Shown: positions 57,101-64,000 of the stretch, piece after piece | Layout: each line of letters opens with the position of its first letter | Numbering within the stretch: position 1 is the first letter of the stretch | Assembly: GCA_964577685.1 (NCBI GenBank) | Contig: CAZNZT010000007.1 | Location: forward strand, 1 to 64,000 | DNA: 64,000 nucleotides | Source: an uncultured Methanosarcinales archaeon | Lineage (GTDB): Archaea > Nanobdellota > Nanobdellia > Woesearchaeales > JACPBV01 | Reading direction: 5' to 3' | Notes under the pieces: model-generated | The model's database searches: none | Told to the model about the DNA's origin: nothing | The model's input: only the letters and a program-made list of their open reading frames with translations | Program-made: the position numbers and the translations under genes

Positions 57101-60100
57101 TTGGGGACGATATAGAATATGCTCGTAATTTAGCTGGGTGGTGGAATGATTCTTGGAAAAGAAGAAAAAAGTTAACATTTAATAATACAGGCATTAACGA
57201 AAATTTAACTAATTTTGTTGTTATGGTGAGATTAACTCCTACCAGAATAAATTATTCTGAGATTAAATCTGATGGTTCTGACATTCGCTTTATTGATTCT
57301 GACGATTCAACACAACTTTTTTATGAGATTGAGGAATGGAATTATAATGGAGATAGCATAATTTGGGTTAAAGTTCCTAGGATAGATGCAAATAATGATT
57401 CTGATTTTATCTATATTTACTATAATAATTCTAATGCACCACCAGGAGAAAACGCCACAGGAGTCTGGAGTGATTATTATGCTGTCTGGCATATGACTGA
57501 AGTAAATGCTAGAGACTCAAGTCCGAATGGATATAATGGCAGTGCAAATGCTGGTGTTAGTTTTACTTCTTCTGGAAAGATAGATGGAGCAGATAACTTT
57601 AATGGTAATGGGTATATAGGAGTAAGTGGGTTTCCAAACATACAATCAAACTTTACAATAGAGGCCTGGATTTATACTAATAATAATGCAGAATCAGGAC
57701 AAAGAATATTTTGTGATGATGAGAGCAATTCGGGTGGTTACGCACTTTCATTAGGAGACCCTGGAACAGGTGCTTTAAGATTTTATTCTAGGAATATGGA
57801 TTCTATCATACTAGACACCAGCACAGGGGTAATCTCAAATAGCCAATGGTATTATGTAGTAGGGGTTGCTGACAGAACAAATGAGGACAGGATTATCTAT
57901 GTTGATGGCGTTGTTAAAGCAAGTGACTTAACTGATACAGGGACATGGGGTATAGATACAGGTATGGCCTCTATTGGAGGAGAAACAGACTCAGGTGAAA
58001 CAGGCAATAGATTTAATGGTATACTAGATGAAGTCAGAGTATCAAAGAAGGTAAGAAGCCAAGATTGGATTAATGCATCTTATTTAAGTATGAAAGATAG
58101 TTTTGTTATTTTTGAAGGTGAGGAAAGTGCTACCCCCCCTGTTATAACTAGTGTTTCTGTTATACCTGCTAGTCCTTTTGATAATCAGAATCTTAATTGT
58201 AGTTTCATTGTAAATGACCAAGATGCAAATGAAACTCTATATGCGAATATTACTTGGTATAGAGATTCTGTGCGTGTAACTGACTATGATGTTTATAACT
58301 TAAATGTTTCTGCTCAGGGGACTTTTTATACTAATATTTCAGTACCTAATAATGCTACCTCACCAGGAGAGAATTGGACTTGTTCTGTAGTAGTTTGGGA
58401 TAAATATGAATTAAAGACAAGTGTTAACGGGAGTGCTACGATAAGTGACTCCCAGCCATGGTGGAATGGTTCATGGCTTTATAGGAAAAGGATTGTTGTT
58501 ACTAATAATTATGGGTCTGTTTTGCCTGCGAATTTTACAGTGAAAATTTCTTCTGATGATTTGGGAATAAAGAGTTTAATAAATGAAGGTAAGGTAAGGC
58601 AGGATGGAGGTGATATAAGGGTCGTTTATAACAATAGCAAGGAAGTAATACATGTTTATGATGATTTTGAGGGGAGTATCTACTTTAAGACAGGCTCTTC
58701 AATGGAAGCCAATTCTACTGCGATTTATTATGTTTATTATGGGAACAGCAATGCAACATATAATCAATCAACTTACGAGCATTTACTTTTTACATATTAC
58801 ACAAAGCAGGTGGATAGCAGTAATAATGGTGATAACATAGTAATAGCAGCATATGGGAATTCAAGCCATGAAACAATATTTGAGGTTAAGGGGACAGTAA
58901 GTCAGGATGGAAATTACTCTTTGTATGGAAATCAGTACTATGAGTGGACTGATCAGTATTCTTCAGGGGCAAGTGTTGTAAGGATAAGGTCAAATAAGCC
59001 TTTGTTTGTTCAGAGTGGCATGCCTATTTCCGATGACAATAGAGAAGGAATTTCATTTGCAACATCCTTGGATGAGATTGGTGATTTAGGCAAAGAATAT
59101 GTTTTTACTACTTATGGTTCTAATGATGATACATATCCCGGTGATCCTCATACGGACAGGATTATTTTGATTGTAAATCCAAGTGAGACAGAGGTTGTGA
59201 AGTATAGTGTAGAGAAACAGAATGGAACATCTATAGCTACAGACCAGATATTATATCCTGGGTCATTTGTATTCTATGATTCTGGGGATGGTGTTACAGC
59301 AGGTGTGTATAAGGTGCATGCTAATAATACAATTTTTATTGATGCAAGAATGGCAGATAGTGTGCAATCAAGGGATATTCATAGTTATGTTCCACCTGTC
59401 AATGGAACCAGACTAGGGACATTGTTTTATCTTACAGAACCAGCTGGGATGTATTTGATTAATCCTAATGATGGAGATGCTCTTGTTAATGGGACTGATC
59501 TTACAGATGGAACTAATAATTTTTCAGAAGTTGTTGGAGCACATAGTTATGTTTTGAGGGTAGGTCCTACGGATGATTCAAACCATGTTTTTAGTGTAGA
59601 ATCAAATGTTTCAATAATTATTGGGTACGGTAGTTCTGCATCTTCAATAGGGGATGCTGGTGACTTTGTTCCAGACCAACACACAGGAAGACTTACCGGT
59701 CAGAATTTTACTTTTTTAAGTGATCCTGGGGGAGGTGGAGTAAGGCAAACAGCGATTGCATTGTTTGATAGCACTACTGTGACTTGGTATGATGGGACAA
59801 CTACAACTTTAACGAATGCAGGCGATTCAGCACAAGATACTTTTGATATAGCAATTGCTTTAAGGGAAGTTTCTGCTAATAAACCAATACAGCTTGTTAC
59901 AGAATGGCGGTATAATAGGGGGGATGGTGTAATGTATTCCTTGCCTATGGAACTAGAATGGGGGGAGGCTCCTAGCTCGTTTATTTCTTATTCTGAGCAA
60001 TCAAGGATAGCACCAACAATAAGCTTAGAGTTTCCTTCTGATAATAGCAAAGAAACCCAAAATAAGACTCCAACATTTTATTTTAATGTAACGGGTAGTG

Positions 60101-63100
60101 TTGATAGTTATAATTGTACTTTGTATTTGGATAATGGAACTGGGGCTGTTGTTTATGCTAATAATGAATCTACATCTGATGGTGTTTCAACATCCTTTAC
60201 ATTAACTGTAGAGCTTCCGAATTTACAATATTATTGGTTTGTGAATTGTTCTGATGGTATTAAGACAAGTATGAGTTCTGTTTATAACCTTAGTATGTGG
60301 GTTGACTATAGTCCTAGTGTTGTATTGAGTCTTCCTGAGAATAATTCTTTTGAAACTAGTAGTATGGTAATCTTTAATTGCTCTGCAGATGATGATTTTG
60401 ATATAGTTAATGTTAGTTTATATACCAATCTTTCTGGTGGTTTTTCGGTTAATCAGACAAAGACCTTTACAGGCAGTTCTGACACTAGCGTAGTAGCTAT
60501 TTTTAATATTACATTCAATAATGAGAATGATTTTATATGGAGTTGTTTGGCCTATGATAATGGTTTGTATGATATAGCACCACAGTCTAGTTTTGCAACA
60601 GAAAACAGAACAGTTAGAGTTAGGTTTCCAGTTGCTTCCTTTACGGATATAACATCTTCTACTAATTTGTCAAACAGAACGACAGGCATAGGCGTTTGTG
60701 TAGAGGATTACAATCAAAACGGATTCTTAGATGTTGCTCTTCTGGGAGATGATGAGGGTAGTGTGAATCTATTTAATAATACCCTTGGTACTAATTTTAG
60801 AAATGATAGTAATGCACTAAGTAGTGGCTCAAATCTAGGTGGTCGTGGTTGTTCGTTTGGGGATTACAATAATGATGGTTATGGTGATTTTATAACAGCA
60901 AGTGATTTTATTCTTTATAAGAGCAATGGAGATGGGACATTTAGTTGTGCAGATAGTAAGGGAGATAATGCTTGTAGTGGGAATATCCTGCCTACTACAA
61001 CATTTGCTACAAAGGGAATTCAATTTTTTGATTATAATAATGATAGCTTTTTAGATATTTGGGCTCCCGACAGTATAAATGGTCCGGTAATATTTACTAA
61101 TAATGGGAATGGGACTTTTTCAAGTTTAAGTTTAGGTTCACAAACGCCAGATGGATATTCTGTCGTAGTTGATTATGATGGAGATAATGACCTTGATTTA
61201 TTTGCCGTGGATGGAACAAGCCATATAATCTTTAGAAATGAGAATAATGGTAGTTTTACATATATTAATCCATCTGATATTGGTTTACCTACCCAGGTAA
61301 GAAGTTCAGCAAAAGTAGATAATTTCACATGGGGTTTTGGTGATTATGATAATGATGGAGATTTGGATGTATTTATAACAGCTACTGGGATATTAGAAAG
61401 AAATTTCTTTGAGAATAACGGAAACGGGACATTTACAGACAGAACAGTTGAAGCAGGGTTGCCGACAAATGATTTAGGAACAAATCCAGTTTGGGGGGAT
61501 TATGATAATGATGGCTACTTGGATTTATTAATAGGTGGAGTTGGTCTTTATAGGAATAATGGTGATAAGACTTTTACAGACAAGACCTCAGATGTTGGTT
61601 TAGTAACAGTACCAGATTCTGCTGAATTTTTTGATTATGATAACGATGGGGATCTTGATATTATAGGCCAGACTAAAGAGGGCAGGACTATATTATATAG
61701 GAATGATTTAGACAACCTGGATTATCTTAAGATTATTGTTAAAGGATTAGGAAACAAATCATACTATAATTTTTCTAATAGGGATGCGATTGGTGCTAAG
61801 ATTGATGTTTATGATTCTTCCAATAGTCTGGTTTGTCATAGGGAAGTTAGTGGGGGAGAATCATATAGTCAAGCACCAAAAATGCAGCACTGTGGTTTGG
61901 ATTATACCTCGGAATATTTAGTGAATGTGACATTTCCATCTGGTGTTACCTTTATAAGGAATGTTACTCCAAAGTATGAGCAGATTACTATTGGTGGGAA
62001 TATATTAAGCCATACTATTGAGGTTAATGAGGTTGATGCAGGACCAACTACAAGCTTGGTTTCTCCGCCTTTAAATGCTGTTGATGTAGATGGGGATGTT
62101 ACATTTACATGTTCTGCAATAGATAATATTGATTTAGTTAATATCAGTTTGTTTACTAACATTTCTGGAACCTTTAGCATAAATCAGACAGTAAACTTCA
62201 CAGGTGGGTCAGATAGAAGTAACACAACAACCTTTACCATAACTGGGATTCCTACTGGTACTGTGTTTGTTTGGAATTGTTTGGCTTATGATGCAGGTGG
62301 TAGTTCTGATTTTGCTGATGTTAATCACACCGTAACGATTACAACAGGAACGATTAATGTGAATGTTACGCCAGATAGTACTACTTATGGTACAGGTGAT
62401 GCTGCTGTGATTACAGTGAACACAACAGACAATACTTATAGTCCATTGGAAGCAAATATTACTACAGATATAATCTTTGGAAATGCAACTTATCTCTGGT
62501 GGAATACAAGTTGGCTTTATAGGAAGCCCATTATAGTAACGGAAAATAGTGGTAGTAATCTAATAGAGTACCAAATAAATCTTACTATTGATACAAGCAG
62601 TCTTATCTCAGAAGACAAATTGAATGCTAATTGTTCTGACTTAAGATTCACTAACAGTTCTAATGATTTAATTGATTTTTGGATTGAAAGTGGCTGTAAT
62701 ACAACCTCTACTGTAGTGTGGGTAAAGATACCTTCTTTACCTGCGGATTCAAATACTACTATTTATATGTATTATGGAAACAAGAATGCAACATCCCTTA
62801 GTAATGCAACGAGAACTTTTTCTTATTCTTCATTAAAGGGGGTGATGTATGTTGTTAGTAGCGTTATTGATTCTTCCGGTAATGTAGATATTGTCAGTTT
62901 TAGAGATAATAATACGGTTAGCAATGGCACTTCTAGTATTGATGTTAATGAGTCCGACATAGCATCCTTTTCAAACACACAGGTATCTCAGAATAGTGCT
63001 ATATATGGTTTAAAGCCTTTTTTTGCTTCTGGTGATGTTAGTGGTACTGATGCATTGGTTCCTATTTCGTTTGCTTCAAGGCAGTTTATTTATTCAGTTG

Positions 63101-64000
63101 GTAGGCGTACTGATAGATGGCATGTTTATAGTCCGTTTGGAGATGCTAATGTTTCTATATATGATGGGAATGATGGTGCTGGTTGGACATTGGTTGATAG
63201 TCCATTTACAGTGAATCAGGGCTCTGCAATTACAGTGATTAGGAATATTGCTAATACTGATTCTTCTACTGATACACCTAGTGCAGTGTTGATTAATTCT
63301 ACACACCCAATTTTAGTAACTCATGATACAAGCAGGGGGACAGATGCTTTTGTATTATATCCTCCTTCCACAGACTGGTGGGGCGTTCCTGGGACTAGAT
63401 TTGATATAGGCGTTCTTGAGGATGAGACAACAATAACCATCTTAGAGAGTGATGGAACTAATACCACTATTCTTTATAATAGTAGTCAGGATTACCATAT
63501 AAGTGGTTTATCTGAGGATGGAGCAGGTACAGCTTATCATGTAATATCTGATAAGCCTATAGGTGTTACTCAAGTATCTGATGGTGATGGTTCTGAGACG
63601 ACAACATTCTTACCAGAGTCAGAATTGGATAATGAATATTATATTCCACAACAAGCAAGTTATATCACGGTAGCTTCAACTAAGCCATATACTAATTGTA
63701 CAATCTACAGAGCAGATGGGTCTGTTCTTACTACTTCTCTAACTACCCAGAATCAGAATTATCCTTTCCCAAGTAAGTGGTATTATGGTTCAGATGAAGG
63801 AGGGGATATTCCTGCTGGTTCAAGGCTTATCTGTAATGCTACTGTATTTGCATATTATGAATTTGTTACAGCAGCTGGTGGTCAGAATGATGATGAACAT
63901 AATTTGTTGGGTAGGAAAGCGATGAGGCAATATGTATATCCTGGACCAACTTCTGCTATTGAATTTGAACAAATGTTTGTTCAGAGGGATATAAATCAAA
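54151..64000 (+). CDS. Giant secreted surface protein, >3283 aa, 3' end beyond window. MG2-like domains, DUF2341 x3, LamG, IgGFc-binding-like regions, Ig-like repeats, FG-GAP/ASPIC-UnbV (CRTAC1-like) propeller
   Basis: ATG 54151 with signal peptide MRWINRGLLLALSMVLVGIGICSFLVSA; frame matches at the window end. Motifs: TDKSVYNVSERV-type, WWN.SW.(Y/R)RK...D(I/L)R...WVK(V/I)P, FNGILDEVRVS, repeated DYDNDGDLD, SNRDAIGAKI..., SNKP/SDKPI. Confidence 0.9.
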   Translation, partial: MRWINRGLLLALSMVLVGIGICSFLVSAIAPSSVNSFNLSVINESLSFRNESFYLDKDFYSLGEEVLIYANIANLTDIERVVITRYKENYRFVGNFNNPLVFVAPDFGDYTVSIFLKNGSLYKKKFSVINGSNVSENMSESSLGLFLKTNKINYFVGDEVVINFNLVVARNYSLLIYSNNSIFQYLGILKSPLVFLPREAGKYVVEINDLNSTLVSTVFYVRDKEITGDVYTDKSVYNVSERVTIGIIGNATELKVVFGNDSFNFIKPKREVVFIPKRQGKYKIVAIFREGNRTKRVFSYFDVLIRKEKETNAGYFFSISEDVVVRVDFSDIIESKKTIIEKIFGISPIEKIVAYVMNHGNDNRFNLTIEDVSNGVVVTRIKKNPKIEPSLYFLVVEVTLHNEVIRRNVSFMWGNISEWNITSNFTKTANKSNITDISRFVKYYFSINDTPEIAVDFTDEINKPRNILEIALGKPKVEKISAYVEGEEQNNDFSLYISHIELDKFLVVINNKVPKKDIYSLVVVAKVDDRFFLKQILFDWGLDNISLIRERVKVKNKTVTLEEALRVTGIGYSVEKEKLNKSLNKTINKTNELINLSNKLINYTRINITEKENLVLYTNKDVYKIGERVYIYSNARLSNLEILLNDTPLFSKDNVTGFVSFVPKKTGDYKIEALALVGGSIEILAANFSVALSEKANISLTPSKINRIENLEFLVRDFRNKNLSSVVRLYRGGALISELTNVKRRVKLFGAAIGKKGEIGIEKGEYDVEVIPKEVPIKRIFFRKLKIRNNTLSLRLDNFSVSKVDIKRVKKERIVNTFAIDPSDLNFSDAIITVRAKGNSLWKCRLWNFSEQRCYGAWTKIKELIPGREYNLTLMLEDPAYAEVNITIINVQSYPTVGGNWTVRFNTTGVANLMIRAVNGTTWSNSSEDNDFDLRFLEIRCGNRTLPYKWVNDSLFIQDYGCNETGYEVSEVLTTGKHTLEFRFGDDIEYARNLAGWWNDSWKRRKKLTFNNTGINENLTNFVVMVRLTPTRINYSEIKSDGSDIRFIDSDDSTQLFYEIEEWNYNGDSIIWVKVPRIDANNDSDFIYIYYNNSNAPPGENATGVWSDYYAVWHMTEVNARDSSPNGYNGSANAGVSFTSSGKIDGADNFNGNGYIGVSGFPNIQSNFTIEAWIYTNNNAESGQRIFCDDESNSGGYALSLGDPGTGALRFYSRNMDSIILDTSTGVISNSQWYYVVGVADRTNEDRIIYVDGVVKASDLTDTGTWGIDTGMASIGGETDSGETGNRFNGILDEVRVSKKVRSQDWINASYLSMKDSFVIFEGEESATPPVITSVSVIPASPFDNQNLNCSFIVNDQDANETLYANITWYRDSVRVTDYDVYNLNVSAQGTFYTNISVPNNATSPGENWTCSVVVWDKYELKTSVNGSATISDSQPWWNGSWLYRKRIVVTNNYGSVLPANFTVKISSDDLGIKSLINEGKVRQDGGDIRVVYNNSKEVIHVYDDFEGSIYFKTGSSMEANSTAIYYVYYGNSNATYNQSTYEHLLFTYYTKQVDSSNNGDNIVIAAYGNSSHETIFEVKGTVSQDGNYSLYGNQYYEWTDQYSSGASVVRIRSNKPLFVQSGMPISDDNREGISFATSLDEIGDLGKEYVFTTYGSNDDTYPGDPHTDRIILIVNPSETEVVKYSVEKQNGTSIATDQILYPGSFVFYDSGDGVTAGVYKVHANNTIFIDARMADSVQSRDIHSYVPPVNGTRLGTLFYLTEPAGMYLINPNDGDALVNGTDLTDGTNNFSEVVGAHSYVLRVGPTDDSNHVFSVESNVSIIIGYGSSASSIGDAGDFVPDQHTGRLTGQNFTFLSDPGGGGVRQTAIALFDSTTVTWYDGTTTTLTNAGDSAQDTFDIAIALREVSANKPIQLVTEWRYNRGDGVMYSLPMELEWGEAPSSFISYSEQSRIAPTISLEFPSDNSKETQNKTPTFYFNVTGSVDSYNCTLYLDNGTGAVVYANNESTSDGVSTSFTLTVELPNLQYYWFVNCSDGIKTSMSSVYNLSMWVDYSPSVVLSLPENNSFETSSMVIFNCSADDDFDIVNVSLYTNLSGGFSVNQTKTFTGSSDTSVVAIFNITFNNENDFIWSCLAYDNGLYDIAPQSSFATENRTVRVRFPVASFTDITSSTNLSNRTTGIGVCVEDYNQNGFLDVALLGDDEGSVNLFNNTLGTNFRNDSNALSSGSNLGGRGCSFGDYNNDGYGDFITASDFILYKSNGDGTFSCADSKGDNACSGNILPTTTFATKGIQFFDYNNDSFLDIWAPDSINGPVIFTNNGNGTFSSLSLGSQTPDGYSVVVDYDGDNDLDLFAVDGTSHIIFRNENNGSFTYINPSDIGLPTQVRSSAKVDNFTWGFGDYDNDGDLDVFITATGILERNFFENNGNGTFTDRTVEAGLPTNDLGTNPVWGDYDNDGYLDLLIGGVGLYRNNGDKTFTDKTSDVGLVTVPDSAEFFDYDNDGDLDIIGQTKEGRTILYRNDLDNLDYLKIIVKGLGNKSYYNFSNRDAIGAKIDVYDSSNSLVCHREVSGGESYSQAPKMQHCGLDYTSEYLVNVTFPSGVTFIRNVTPKYEQITIGGNILSHTIEVNEVDAGPTTSLVSPPLNAVDVDGDVTFTCSAIDNIDLVNISLFTNISGTFSINQTVNFTGGSDRSNTTTFTITGIPTGTVFVWNCLAYDAGGSSDFADVNHTVTITTGTINVNVTPDSTTYGTGDAAVITVNTTDNTYSPLEANITTDIIFGNATYLWWNTSWLYRKPIIVTENSGSNLIEYQINLTIDTSSLISEDKLNANCSDLRFTNSSNDLIDFWIESGCNTTSTVVWVKIPSLPADSNTTIYMYYGNKNATSLSNATRTFSYSSLKGVMYVVSSVIDSSGNVDIVSFRDNNTVSNGTSSIDVNESDIASFSNTQVSQNSAIYGLKPFFASGDVSGTDALVPISFASRQFIYSVGRRTDRWHVYSPFGDANVSIYDGNDGAGWTLVDSPFTVNQGSAITVIRNIANTDSSTDTPSAVLINSTHPILVTHDTSRGTDAFVLYPPSTDWWGVPGTRFDIGVLEDETTITILESDGTNTTILYNSSQDYHISGLSEDGAGTAYHVISDKPIGVTQVSDGDGSETTTFLPESELDNEYYIPQQASYITVASTKPYTNCTIYRADGSVLTTSLTTQNQNYPFPSKWYYGSDEGGDIPAGSRLICNATVFAYYEFVTAAGGQNDDEHNLLGRKAMRQYVYPGPTSAIEFEQMFVQRDINQ

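Noticed and set aside
54796..63306. Short ORFs in the right 10 kb
   Set aside because: All are nested in or antisense to the giant plus-strand gene.

Overview
Low-GC archaeal window, most consistent with a DPANN lineage such as Woesearchaeota. Support: archaeal-type GlyRS, TrpRS and ValRS, RFC large subunit, Mre11, GatCAB, an intron-containing tRNA-Cys and TTTAWATA promoters; the taxonomic call is inference. The ORF track misses two giant surface-protein genes that run off the window edges (<1..7405 minus, >2468 aa; 54151..>64000 plus, >3283 aa) and several small ORFs. There are two main highlights. (1) A sulfur/cysteine island at 16.8-21.8 kb: tRNA-Cys, an unannotated 25-aa, probably leaderless ORF ending in CFCCC directly upstream of cysteine synthase and CysRS (candidate archaeal Cys-sensing attenuator), plus the MA1715/MA1821/MA1822-type sulfide-to-homocysteine genes, with in-frame stop junctions and a probable ATA start. 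(2) A repeated cell-surface module: small regulator with phased repeats, then giant or large surface proteins and receptor-like membrane-anchored HerA/FtsK-family ATPases (one with a degenerate Walker B). These loci are linked by shared domains, including a DUF5752-like domain that also occurs in four tandem genes beside a GT4/GH57 glucan pair. No CRISPR array, rRNA or transposase was seen.
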